DNA from: Eledone cirrhosa
Lineage: Eukaryota
NCBI GenBank assembly: GCA_964016885.1
Contig: OZ024742.1
Coordinates: 78,616,001 to 78,680,000 of the forward strand
DNA: 64,000 nucleotides
Reading direction: 5' to 3'
The notes beneath the pieces were generated by a model, which had not been told where the DNA came from, ran no database searches, and was given only the letters and a program-made list of their open reading frames with translations. Below, in pieces: positions 40,596-53,924 of this stretch. A program made the position numbers and the translations under genes. The stretch's first letter is position 1. Every line of letters starts with the position of its first letter.

Positions 40596-40963
40596 GACAA
40601 GTAAAATATGTTTTGAAACAGTGAGCAGGCTTGAAATTAGAAAATAGAATAGCTTTCACCGTATTTTTTGACTAAAGAAATTTTAGTCTGATAATGGGGT
40701 TTAGAACCCTCAGATAAATGGAAAAAGATGAGTATTGACGTAGATGGGAATCGAACCCACATCTTTGGTTATCCAGACCACTGTGCTACCATTTACAACA
40801 ACATATCATGTTGGTGTAAATGGTAGCACAGTGGTCTGGATAACCAAAGATGTGGGTTCGACTCCCATGTATGTCAATACTCATCTTTTTCCATTTATCT
40901 GAGGGTTCTAAACCCCATTATCAGACTAAAATTTCTTTAGTAAAAAAATACGGTGAAAGCTAT
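40596..40963. mobile_element. Asymmetric palindromic element with back-to-back tRNA-like heads
   Basis: Arms 40649-40804 and 40808-40963, 53-bp one-sided tail 40596-40648, (TA)n on both sides. Confidence 0.8.
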
Positions 40964-40989
40964 ATATATATATATACATATACACACAT

Positions 40990-41029
<40 letters not shown>

Positions 41030-41061
41030 ATCTATATGTGTGTGTGTATGCATGAATGTAC

Positions 41062-41092
<31 letters not shown>

Positions 41093-42040
41093 TACAGCCA
41101 ATTATTTTTTGACCTAGGAAAACAGGAGGAATGACTGATGCTCTTACCATCACTACCACTTCCTGCCCATAAAACATTACAATATGATGAGATAAGAAAA
41201 CTGTGAAGTGCCAATATGAAAGGCACATGCCACACAAGAAAAGAGGTACAACCCAAGAATAAAAATTAAGAAATGTAACTTCTCATTATCTTGATCTTTG
41301 AAGTAAGTTTTGAATGCAGATTTTCTACCTTATCAGACAAAAAAAACAAAAAAACTAATTGCCTATTCTGATTGAAGGTTAATTAGTTATGTAGAACAAA
41401 GTATGAGACAGTCTAACATGAAGTCATTTCTTGTTGAGTTCACTTCACATTCTACTACATCCTGTTCAGTCAAACTTAACCTTTCCATTAGCATATCTCT
41501 GAAAAGATATTGCCTATAATTTTCAAATAATTTTGAAAATAATCAAGAATTTGGAAGATATTAATAATGATTTCTCCTATAGGCAGAAGGCCAGCAATTT
41601 GGGGCAAGGGAAAATTTGATTAAATCGACCCCAGTGCGTTACTGTTACTTTATTTTATCAACCCCATAAGGATGAAAGGCAAAGCTAATCTCAGCGGAAT
41701 GTGAACTCAATAATACAGCTACTAATTATTATTTTCGTGATTAATCTGTAAAGTGGTCTTGTTGGTGACATGACAAAAAGCACCCAGTTTACCCTGTAAA
41801 GTGGTCATTTCAGTGCTGTGATAAAAAGCACCCAATCCACACTGTAACATGGTTGGGTTTAGGAAGGGAATTCAACCATAGAAGCCAAACCAAAATACAG
41901 ACCCATATGAGCAAGATGTCGTTTCTGGACCTAACTTGTCTCATAATGTGACAACCTATCTAACCAATGCAAGCATGAAAAATAGAGGTATGATGATGAT
42001 GATGATGATGATGATGGTAACAAAAGTTCTTACATAAATT

Positions 42041-42202
42041 ATAATTGTTTCTACTTTTGGCACAAGGCCAGCAATTATCCAGTGCATTACTGGTACTTTA
42101 TTTTATCGACCCCGTAAGGATGAAAGGCAAAGTTAACCTCGGCGGGACGTAACTATGCTGGAAAGCATGGCGTCCGACTCTCTACCGATACTGCCAATCC
42201 AC
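42041..42202 (-). mobile_element. Family-1 SINE with the B-box region deleted
   Basis: Consensus motifs; TSD attataat. Confidence 0.85.
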
Positions 42203-43959
42203 ATTATAATGGAAGGTTTTTAGATAAATATAAACACTTTAAAACAGCTTTGTATTATAGAATCAGAGATAGTTTTAGACAGTTTGGTATAAAAAACATT
42301 AAAGATAATTTTCTGCATTTTCATTGTATGATGCAAAGATCATAATATACACAGAATGGTTACATTAGGGACCAAAAGGTGTTTCATAACTTATGGCTCT
42401 CTACCACAATCAAACATGATGTTATTAAAAGAGAAGTATAACTTCTATAGAGTATTTCCTTGGATAAATGAAGCCTTAGAGTCAGAGTGAATTATAACCA
42501 AGCAATAATTTATGAGTCAAACTAATGAAAGGCTGCCTGTAATTTTCAAATTATTTTGAAAATAATCAACAACTTGAAGGGATTTAATAAAATAACTATA
42601 ATAATTTTCTCATTGTTAAGCTGAGTGTTTGGAACATAAAGTTCCTTTCATAAAATTACAGTGGAATGTTATTAGATATATATATTGTAGAACCAAGGGT
42701 GGTTTCAAGTGAAATGGTATTAAAAGAGTTAAGTTCAGCTTTATTCCCAAACAGTTATTCCAGTTTAAGACCAGAAAGAAAAGAGGTACAAAAGAGAACA
42801 GATAGTCATTGAGGAGATCACAGAATGTATGATAAGAGAACTTTGATAAATGAATGAATGACAAACAATAAAGATAAAGGGAACATCATATGGTGCATGC
42901 ATTTCTTTATTGGGAATACTGGCAAAATGACCATCCCCAATATAAAAATACAATGATCATACAATTTTCAATAAATTATTGTAGGATAAAGATATTTTAT
43001 AAAATACGGTATAAATATGTGAAACAACAAACTTGGTTTTACATTGTCATTGTTTAACATATTGTTTAACATATTTCAAAAAAGATCACAGTAAAAGGAA
43101 AATACATCACTTGTGGCTTGCAGATAGCTAGGGGCTAGACCCTGACCATGTACTATAGTAAATGATTTACATGAATATATTTCCACTGTGATAACTCTAT
43201 TAATAACAGATGTTAAACGATGATGATGATGAACTACCATACAGTATTAATAGCTATAAATGATGATGATGATGAACTACCATACAGTATTAATAGCTAT
43301 AATTGTGCACATAAAATATAGATGGTCCCATTAAATTAAATGCCTTGTGGTATTTGCTCTGGTTCTCTGTGCTCTGAGTTCAAATCCTGCCATGGTCAAC
43401 TTTGCCTTCTTCTATTCAGGGTTGATGAATAAATCCAGGACAGTAGATTTGCAGAATTGCTAGTGTTGGACTTGCTGGAGTCTTGTAGAATTTGTATCAG
43501 TTCTATGTGTTCTTAGGTGAAACCCCACCTCATTTACTCACAACAATACTAGCATGACAAGAATGAGGCCTTTATCTTGACAACACAAAAGAAACCTTCT
43601 GTGAGAAACAAGCTAAGCCTGTACACATGTGAGCTATAACTACAACAAAACAACGAAAGTATTGAAACCTCTATTTTACTACTTTTGATAGAGAAGATTC
43701 AGAAACAGTATTTGTTTTACAAATACTAAATTTGCTTTTGCTGTTTTGTGATACAAATCTGTCTATCTTAAGGTATTTTGACTTTGCCTTTCATCCTTAC
43801 GGGGTCGATAAAATAAAGTACCAGTAATGAACTGGGTAATTGCTGGCCTTGTGCCTAAAGTAGAAACAATTATCATATTATGTAAGACCTTTCAAGTGTA
43901 CTAATGATCAAATTAATCATTGTAAAGTACAAGCACATGTTGAGTAGTTTCTAAGAAAA

Positions 43960-44950
43960 ACAAAACACACTATCAAAGGAATAAAATAAAGGAAATGAAA
44001 AGGAGAAAAAGAAAAGGAATGGGGGGAGGGACAGACACTACACTCCAGTCAGAGCAGTGCCTCAGCTGCATCCTGCAGTCAAAATAACAAAGCAAAAGCA
44101 AACTTAGGTCTTGGAGGTGGCTCAGTTGGAGAGAGCATCCACTGCACCATGTGCCCTGGGAAGGATCTCAGGGCTGCTGTCACATCCTCGTTGGACATGG
44201 CAGCAACACTGTCAGGGATCTGGAAGTCCCTGATATTGGCCACTAGATCTGGGTGCTTGAAAGAGAGAATGGCCAGGACCTCCAGTGCAGGTAGGAGTAC
44301 CATGTCACTCAAGGCTAGCACACACACTACAGATAAAACTTTGCGTTGATTAGTTTCCAATTGACTCAGTGACAAAGTCATTTCACACAATCAGAAAGGG
44401 ATTACGCATGTGGCCTTAACATATGTTGGCAGAGTGGGAGAAATGAGTTGATTGGTGAGGGGTGGTCGAAGGAAGTGTGTAGCTTCTGAGCCTCGAAGAC
44501 AAGGAGGGAACAGAATCCTCCCCCGACATTGGGATCACAAGTATGAGTGGCACAAAATTGAAGAATTTATTCCAGTCTTGCAGGCTGTTGGTGTGGAGCA
44601 CCTGGTCGATGGATGACGCTAGCACTTCAGCCATGAAAGTGCAGGAAGCCTGGGGGATCCTGATAATGACTCTCTGTAACTGTCTGAGGTGAGTCGCTAC
44701 CAAGACCTCGTCTGAGATGAGTGTGGTTAGAACCTAAGTCTGTCCTGACTCTGTGTCCACATAAGCATCCAGATCAATCTGTGGGGTTGAGGGAGTTGAG
44801 CATCACAATCAGTGCCACCGATGCAAGGATTGTGACATGTGTTGAGATAGTTTGATGCAAGAAAATGGAAGAAATTGTTACAGTTAAAACACTTCTTCCT
44901 TTCTTCTGCCAATTGCATCTGGCACACATTGCTTGACTTATGTTCCAAAC
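43960..44950 (-). pseudogene. Decayed CRE-like (RLE-type) non-LTR retrotransposon fragment
   Basis: RIPQAS...LASSID...QDWNKFF and AV..L...L..KHP...EDV.AALRSFP resemble the pre-RT region of CRE-clade ORFs; stops and frameshifts present. Confidence 0.55.
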
Positions 44951-45353
44951 ACAAGCTTAATAAAGAAAAGAATTAGCTTATTTTAGTAAATCACTCAAAA
45001 TTCCTGATTATATTCAAATTGGTTTGAAAATCATAGGTAGTGCCTTTCATCAAAAATATAATAACAGAAGGGTTAATCAGTGAACGTTTTATAAATGAAA
45101 CTGTTTGATTGTTGATACATTTAACAAGCTATTCTTCCTTCCTATAATTTCCTAAGCTTGTAGCTAGATACAATTCATGTAGACAGAGCCAGTCTATATA
45201 GCAGTCTTTTGTTTTATGTCTTTCTCAATGATATATGACAGTAATACTATATAAGAATCTCACTGACAACTAATCCACTCAGTGGGAGAGAAAGACAACT
45301 TGAAACAAAGAAAATATAACACATACATACACACATATGCATATATATATATA

Positions 45354-45389
<36 letters not shown>

Positions 45390-47340
45390 CATGTGTGTAT
45401 GTGTGTATATGTATGTATGTATATGAACAATAAATTTATCATCTTGTATGGATCGTTTTAAAAGTGGTGCAGTAGAATTAATGTGGATAGAATGTCAACA
45501 TTTGTGTTGTTAGTTTGCAGCCTGGATACAGCATCCTCCACAAGCACGTGCAATCTCTACCACCACCACCACCACCACCACTACATAACAAACACACAGC
45601 AGCAAGCAATAAATCACTTCTACAACAATCAGCAAACATTAACAGCACAATAGATCTATAACTATTCCTTCTCACCCACCCATAACACAAGTCACTTCAA
45701 ATAATCCTCTCATTTCAGTTTCTTATCTTATATATGTTTTATTTTTATGTATGGTCATCCAGTTAATAAGCAAAAGAAAAAGGTCTCCATTGAATGGAAA
45801 GAGATCCATGTTATGAAGGGGATTAATCTCACATTTGTAATTCAATGAAACAGATAAGCTCTTATATAGTTAAATCCTCCTTTCACTATGAAACTGAAAG
45901 TAGACTGTGATTAAGTATTGATTTATTTTTCTAATGCAACCATCAATACTGTGTGTATCTGGTTTAGAATAGGTAAACAGCAAACCTGTATGTGGTAAAA
46001 GGTGGCTAAAAGGGTTGGCACCAGGAAAAGCATTCTGTTGTAAAATCTTGCTTAAAAAAAGACCCTGTGCCATGGGGGCCCACAAAATTATAACCTCCTG
46101 CTTGTAAAGCCAGTAAAGAATGCAACTATGGATTTATAATAGGACAGAAAAAATAGAAGTTATCAGTTGTATTACTTTTCAGAAAGTCACTAGCAGTATA
46201 ATTGAGATAGCTTTGATTTTTACCACTGAGTGAAGAGAAAGGGCAGTGTCATGGTTATTATTTTTCCAGGATTGGTGTGAGAAAAAGAGGAAGGTCACAT
46301 CAGTGACCAAGGATGAATACTTGTTATGGAATGAACTATGCTAAAGGGACTCAAGAGACAGGTATTGGTGTTGAGGTAGACAACCTCATGTATACGATGG
46401 TGGGCTGAAAAAATCATAGGCTGACAGTGAAGGAGAGCTAGAGTTGTGAAATCTTGCATGCATTAATAAATGTATTCAGCTGACCCTCATACTACCCAAG
46501 TGATTCATGGTAATGCTTGAACTTAAAATGCGAAGTGCTTGACTAAATGATGCAAGTCATCCTGATCTACGCTCTAATGATTTCACCACTCCATTGTCTT
46601 ATACTATTAGTTTATTCATCAATCTCAGAAAGATGGAAAGCAAAATTGACTTCAGTCGGATTTGAACTCAGAATACAAAGAACCAGAATAAATCTGAATA
46701 TAAAAACAAGGTCATAGATTTTGTTTTCTTACTCTACATAATATGCTACAAACATTTGAGGAGTATTGATGCTGATAGCATATTAGAAGAAATTAGATCA
46801 ACAACACAAGTTACATTAGGTCAATAATAATTTGTCCTAATTTTTAACATTGGAATTCTTTCTCCTAATCATATTAGTATTAACACAGATTCAGTTCTAC
46901 AGAATTCACTTTCTCCCTCCACATTCTTCTGCTGTAGGTAATTCCAAATCATTTAGAATGGTAACAGATGAATTTCAATCCTCCTGATGCCCTGACATGT
47001 TGTACCAACAGAACAAATTCAATATTGAATTACACATCAATCCTACGTTTCATCATCATCTCTATTATGATCATCATTGTTTTTACATCTCCTTTCCACA
47101 TGGGCTCGTTGAAACTTTTTGAGGCAGATTTACTATGTCCTGATGCTTTTTATTTGATAAGTATGGTATATACAGCTCATCTTCATTGATTGCTATTTTG
47201 CAGGATGTATTGCTTACACAGGACATAAACAAATGACATCATTTACTTTAAATGTTGCAAATAAATGCATGTAAAAAAAACTGACACATAAACACATCCA
47301 CAAAACACACAAATTGACACACACACACATATATATATTG

Positions 47341-47530
47341 GGAAGCCACAATAGAGGTAAACCAAGCAAGACCAGAGCAGAAGTAGTAAGAACTGATCTC
47401 AAATTTCTGAGACTCACAGGGGAGATGACAAAGGAATGTGGTGAATGGAGAGATGCTGTGCTGAAAAGGACCTGTCTAATCCATGAAAGCATGGAAAAAT
47501 GGATATAAAAACGATGGTGATGATGATGAT
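47341..47530 (+). mobile_element. Old short RTE 3' fragment (others near 36862-37028, 41745-42015, 48670-48862, 6864-7010)
   Basis: RGKPSKT...EWRDAV, then catggaaaaatgga...(GAT)n. Confidence 0.8.
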
Positions 47531-48361
47531 ATTCTGCATACAAAGTTCACTCACAAGACAATGGTTGTTTGGCTGACTGGCTGGCTGGTCAGTTTCTTGA
47601 TTGACATGAGTCTAACTTGCTCAAGGTGCTGCACAGTAGGATAAACTTTGAAATCACAAATACATGGTTATAAGACAAGCTTCTTAATCATATAAACTTG
47701 CCTGTGACTATGATTATTAATTACTTAAATCCTGGTTCAATTATTTATCTTTGTTCTTCCTTAAGCAAACCACAATTATTCCAACAGCCAAAACTGATCT
47801 ATCTCTAATTACAGACTAATAAGACAACTCATCTTCCATTTCAACAGTATAATTAAGATTATTGTATTTTTAATAGCTGAGAGGCCATAACCTACCAAGG
47901 TGAACTTATTAGAAGCAAGCTTTTTTCATTATGCATAGAATGTAAGTTGCTTCTTTTGAAAGACAATTTTAGAATTGTTTGCATGTTTTTGACTTGCTAT
48001 TCTCTGCCACTTGGTAATCAATAATAGCCATTATGTATTCTGCAAAGGAAAAACTTGATTGATGCTTTTATAAAGTTTTCTTATCTTGCCTATTAACATA
48101 TATGAATGCTGTCTAGATGATGACCGAGACAAATTGAAAGATTCTCTGATTTATCAACTCGATTTCAGTCTGACATTATATCTAAAGTATATATCAAATC
48201 ACTTTTTTAACATTTTACTGTGAATTCATTTTCGAAGAAACATATATGCATGCACACAAACACACACGTATATATTTAACATATACATTATATATATAGA
48301 AATTACTTATACAAGACTAGAACTGTTTCAATCATATGATATCATACAAATGAAACAGTTC

Positions 48362-48553
48362 TATAATAATTGTTTCTACTTTTGGCACAAGGCCAGCAAT
48401 TATCCCAGTGTATTACTGGTATTTTATTTTATCGACCCCGTAAGGATGAAAGGCAAAGTTAACCTCGGCGGGATTTGAACTCAGATCATAAAAGGCCATA
48501 ACTCTTTGCTGCAAAGCATGATGTCCGGCCCTCAACCAATACTGTCAATCCAC
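48362..48553 (-). mobile_element. Family-1 SINE
   Basis: Full reverse-complement consensus. Confidence 0.9.
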
Positions 48554-50451
48554 TGAATGATGACTATACTCTACCAATGTATTGAGTATTTTTTTAACTG
48601 TTGTTACCCCCGGCACAACTCGGGAATCTACATATTTTATATATATATATATATACATACGTACATTCGTTGTAGCACCAAGGTGACCATCTACCAGTCC
48701 ACACTGTAATGCCATTAGTGTTAGGAAAGGCATCCAGTCATAGAAACTTAACCAAAATACAGATCTGTATGAGCAAGAAGTGGTCACCTGACTTGATTTG
48801 TCTCAACATAATAAAGTGTCTAACCCTTGCAAGCATGGCCATTAAATGATGATAGTGATGATATATATCCACACATATTTCTATTATGATTTGAACTCAG
48901 AATGCATTTAATCAGAATAAATAATAGTGCAAAGTATTTTCATCTGATATGCTATTGCTTCTGCCAATTCATCACCTTGAACAGATGAAAGACAAAGTCA
49001 ACCCAGGTGTGATGGTGAGTGGGTGAACAATCTTTAAGGAGCAATATTTATGGAGAAATACTGCATCTCAAGTAAGCTGGTTTCAAAGTGTTCCAAATAT
49101 TTTCATTGGAATGTCCTATTTCACCTTTGTCAACAAACATTAACTGACATTATTTTCTAAATGGCAGTATATTGGCAGTCATTAGGAGCGTGGATATAAT
49201 TTGTGTTGTTTTCATTCCAGCTGTCTGTGCTTTGAGTTCAAATCCCATGGAGATCAAATTTGCCTTTCATCCTTTCAAAGTTGATTAGGTATCAGCCCAG
49301 TATTGTGTGAGGTAAGATTGATTCTTCTTCTATATCGTTTCTCACTCCACTCATCTCTCTCACTCTTGTGTTAAACAGATGTAAAATGATGATGATGATG
49401 ATGATGATGATAAAATCAACTGTGTTCAGACCTGGAGAGGGATAGGTACCACCAAGTTTAAATGCCTAAGGCAAGACGTATATCAGTACGGTGTATCTAG
49501 AATTCTGTCAGGAGTTAAGGACCCGTACATGCATTTTCTAAATAAAATATATTTTACCCTGATCACAATACTGATCAATAACCGAGTTCTACAATCAGTT
49601 TTGTTCATCACTATCGACATGGTCATTTTCACCAACCTCATTGTTGTTGATATCATCACTGTTGTTATATTTCTTTACAGAGAACTCAATTTGTTGACCA
49701 TGCAATTTAACTAACACAATTAATTAAAATTGTATTTTTAGAAATACAATAAACTGCCCATTTTATTTATGTTGTCATCTTCACCATCATCATCATCAAC
49801 ATCATCATTCTTCCTGTAGTAATATCTATACAGATGACCAATTACATAGCTTGACTTCAAACTGACAATAACTTCCCTTTGGGGTCAAAGAGCTGTGGTT
49901 AAGTGATTTAATAATCTTCGTTTCTTAGATGTAAATATACAATATTGATTTTTAACATTGGTACAAGGCTACACGTTAGGTAGTTGCTGGGGGAGTGACT
50001 TTAAATTAAGTCCAGTACCTAAAAGGCATACAGCCTATTAGTTAAAACTGTTGGCTTCATAACCCTAAGGTTGTGTGTTTGATCGCTGTGCCTTAAGGCA
50101 CGCTGTGTCTTTAAGAAAGCCAATCCATTTTCATTGCTCTAGTCCACTTTGCTGGAATGAGTATCCTCAGCTGCTGGAGTTAACCTTTTGACAAACTGAA
50201 AGGAGTTTTGTAATTTCAGTCACTTAATGCCATATGAAACATTAGATCAATCATGACAAACCACTTGGCTCAAGAAAGACTTTCTTTTTTAATACGACTA
50301 CAACATTATTTTATCAATCCCAGAATGTTGAAAAATAAAGCTGACCTCGGCAGGAGTTAGACATTCTCTAAAGAGACAGAACTAATATGACAAGGCATTT
50401 TTTCTGACACTGATGATTCTATCAATGCCCTACCCTTCTAATAATAATAAT

Positions 50452-50790
50452 AATAATAATAATTGTTTCTACTTTAGGCACAAGGCCAGCAATTATCCAA
50501 TACATTACTGGTACTTTATTTTATCAACCCTGTAAGGATGAAAGGCAAAGTCAACCTCGGCAGGATTTGAACTCAGATCGTAAAGGGACGTAACTATGCT
50601 GGAAAGCATAGCGTCCGACTCTCTACCGATACTGCCAATCCACCTAATAATAATGGTTTCTGATTTAGGCACAAGGCCAACAATTTTGGAGGGAGGAGAA
50701 AGTCAATTAAATATAACTATGTGCATTACTGGTAATTTATTTTATCAACTCTGTGAGGATGAAAGCCAAAGCAAACCTCAGCAGAATTTG
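50452..50790 (-). mobile_element. Young family-1 SINE (50452-50643) adjoining the tail of an older SINE
   Basis: Consensus motifs; taataataat on both sides. Confidence 0.85.
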
Positions 50791-52138
50791 ACCTCAGTAT
50801 GTTCTACCACTACTGTCAACGCCCCACCCTTTTATCTCTTTTACATTCATCAACATCATCATCATCACCACATTGAGTATCAGAAATGCACTCTTTTAAA
50901 ATATAGGTTTAATGACATAGCTCGCAAATAATTCATTGTTTATGTGGACATTTGTTCAGGAATTTAGAAAAACATACTTTAGAGAAACACACTAACACTA
51001 TTACATTATACACTTGAATATAAGACAGAGAATATGTGATGAAAAAGAAAATCGATCGTAAGGGGTGGGAGGGGATTCGGCTTATATACGCCATCTAACA
51101 CTATGTTGATTAGCTGCTTTGGCTTATAAAGGCGATTTTGTTTTTGCCCATTTCTCAGACAAAATAGGAGAGGGGTGACTTATATTCGAGTCAGCTTATA
51201 TTTGGATTGGCTTTCATTCGAGTATATATGGTATATTCTCTGTGGAGCATATTTGTATGTCATGTTACCAACTATGAATCCATGTATATCAGGACTTATA
51301 TATATGTATGTATATACGTATAAATGTATGCATGGATTTACTGGTTAGGGTGTTTGGCTCATGATCGTAAGGTCATGAATTTGTTTCTGCACAGAACATT
51401 GTATCCTTGAACAAGACTATTTATTTGATGTTAAAAATGAGCTGCACCTGTATTTCAAAGAGCCAGCCAACGACAGATGGTGTCAAACTGAATCTCCCTG
51501 AGAGCTATGTAACTTACAGTTGCACATATATGTAGAATTTTCTCAGTCACATACATGTTAATTATATGAGTAGAATGCTTCATTGTTCACACAACTAGGA
51601 CAATCAACAGAGGTCCACCACACACACACACACTCACTCATACACATGTATAACACCATTTTTATGTTTATATTCCCATGATTGCATTGGGAGTACAGTT
51701 TTCAGATATACATCCACGAAAATATAAATATATATATATAAATGTGTGTGTATATATGTATATATATATATATATAAATATATATATAAATGTGTATGTG
51801 TACTGAGATGAATTACAACAATAACACCACCGACCACCAAAAATAACAGAACATGTTTGCATTTTCATTTAAACCATTTTCTTTTTCTAACAGTCTTTTC
51901 TCACTTTTTTAGTGTTCTGTAATACTTGTTCTGTAATAATATCATATATTTACATCTGGATGATAAAATATAATATTCAAAAAGAAACAATTGCGAAAAC
52001 AAAGAAATAAAAATGAGAGAAAGAGAAGACAAAGAAAACTATAGTAATGTAGAGTGTAAAAAAAAACAAAAAAAACCTACATACAAAGGCACAAAAGTAC
52101 ATGTGTGTGTGTATGTATATATAAATATATATATATAT

Positions 52139-52394
52139 TGCTAGAATGTATGGTTGTAAACACTAAAGAAAGAGCCCTGAATTGAATAAAATACATGGCA
52201 AACTGGTACCTTCTAAGGTACTCAGAGTTTCCTGAAGTTGTTTTCACCACTGGTAATAATACTTCAGAGGACACCCTCCTGAAGTATTACCAGTGGTGAC
52301 TTTCTGAAAGCTGAAGAATGATGTGAAAACAACCTCAGGAAACTCTGAGAACCTTAGAAGGTTTATGCCAATTTGCCATATATTTTATTCAATT
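52139..52394. mobile_element. Asymmetric palindromic element in (TA)n
   Basis: Arms 52180-52270 and 52275-52394 (right arm has about 27 extra bp), left tail about 41 bp. Confidence 0.8.
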
Positions 52395-52619
52395 TATATA
52401 TATATATATATTCATTGTGTGTGTGAAGGCACATGGATTAGTAGTTAAAGATTTTAGATCATGATCTTAAGGTTTGAATCTGATTCTTGGTGGCATGCTA
52501 TGTCCTTGAGTAAGACACTTATTTCATATTACTCCAGTCCACTCAGTTCGAAAAAATGTCATGGAACCAAGATATTTGAAATCATGCACTACAGCCAGCT
52601 CATAATTTTTGATAGTAAT

Positions 52620-53580
52620 GGCAGGAGGGTATTCAGAAATTGACCAACACTGGCTTTTTCAGAAAAAAAGCTGAGCTGAAGTCTTGGCACGATCTTGAAA
52701 AGTTATCCAACATGCATTGTAGCCACTCCTGTTAGTGTGTGGTCAGTGCCAGTTCATCTGCTAACATGTTCCTGACAAATACTTCACATTACCTTGGTTT
52801 TCATCATCAGTGGAGACAAGCTGAACAGTTCCTTCTGAAATCTTGGGTGAAGGTAGACACTGTCAGTTGATGTGTTAAATGTGTGGTTAAGCATTATGGT
52901 GAAGGAGATGCCAAAGAAGGTAGGAGCAAGCACATATCCCTGTTTCACACTGTTTAAGATGTTGAAGCCTTCAGAAGAAGAATTGTCAAGCTGAATGACT
53001 CTCTTCATAATCATGTGAAATAACTAAACTATACTGAGGTGCCTCAGGGTACAGCCAACCCTGGCAAGAAATTTAAACAATTTCTACACACAAGGATAAC
53101 AACAGCGATATAAAGTGGTTGTCTTTGCTTTCTTCATTTCTCCAGTAATTGTTAAAGGGAAAATAACATATTGGTTATGGAGTGTTCTGGCTGGAATTGA
53201 ATTTCAGCAGTTTGATCAGAACTACCAGAGCAAAGGCTTTCACAAAAAAGCTCAGCAAAAAGCTTCATTGGTAGTTGATAAAATTATTTCTCTTATAACT
53301 TGAAGTGCTGCTCTCAGTCTCTCTCTCTCTCTCTTCACATCACTGACACAGGACAGCCTTTGCACACTTAATAGCCATTGGTATGATGCCATCCAGTCTT
53401 GGTGCTTTGTTGAGCAAGTGGTCAATGGCTGTGTTTCCCTCTGCAACAGTTGGTAATACACCAAGTTCCTCCATGTCAAGCAGGCATTCAAAAGTGTCAA
53501 GCATGCTGTCTGAGAGGCTGTATATTTGGGAGTAGAATTCAAAGTCATGCTCTACTTATCTCACCATCTGTTAGCCTTCG
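52620..53580 (-). pseudogene. Decayed BovB-like RTE reverse transcriptase fragment
   Basis: SSEGFNILNSVKQGYVLAPTFFGI...VYLHPR...LFSL.PL..KTKV matches the BovB-type GVKQGCVLAPTLF...LFNL.RL.AKTKV region. Confidence 0.75.
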
Positions 53581-53726
53581 TCCCTGATAGTTTTGTCTGT
53601 TGTGGTCTTCAGTGGTATTTTACACATAGAAATGCACACATACATGTGCATATAAATATAAATACAGCTACCTAAATATCACACATACTATTGATTGACT
53701 ATCTAATTTATAAATACACATATATA

Positions 53727-53882
53727 GTGGTGTAGTTAATACAAAGCATTGTGATGTATATAGTAAAAGATTGATCACTTTCAAAAAGCTGGTACAATGC
53801 TGGAGAAAAATATGAAGGGCAAATGAGGACATCATTTGATCTTCATATTTTTCTACCAGCTTTTTGAAAATTATTGGACGTT

Positions 53883-53891
<9 letters not shown>
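53727..53891. mobile_element. Small asymmetric palindromic element in (TA)n
   Basis: Arms 53757-53826 and 53832-53891, 30-bp left tail. Confidence 0.7.

Positions 53892-53924
<33 letters not shown>

Noticed and set aside
40808-40876. Functional tRNA gene
   Set aside because: The acceptor stem does not pair and the sequence is embedded in a palindromic insert; treated as tRNA-derived.
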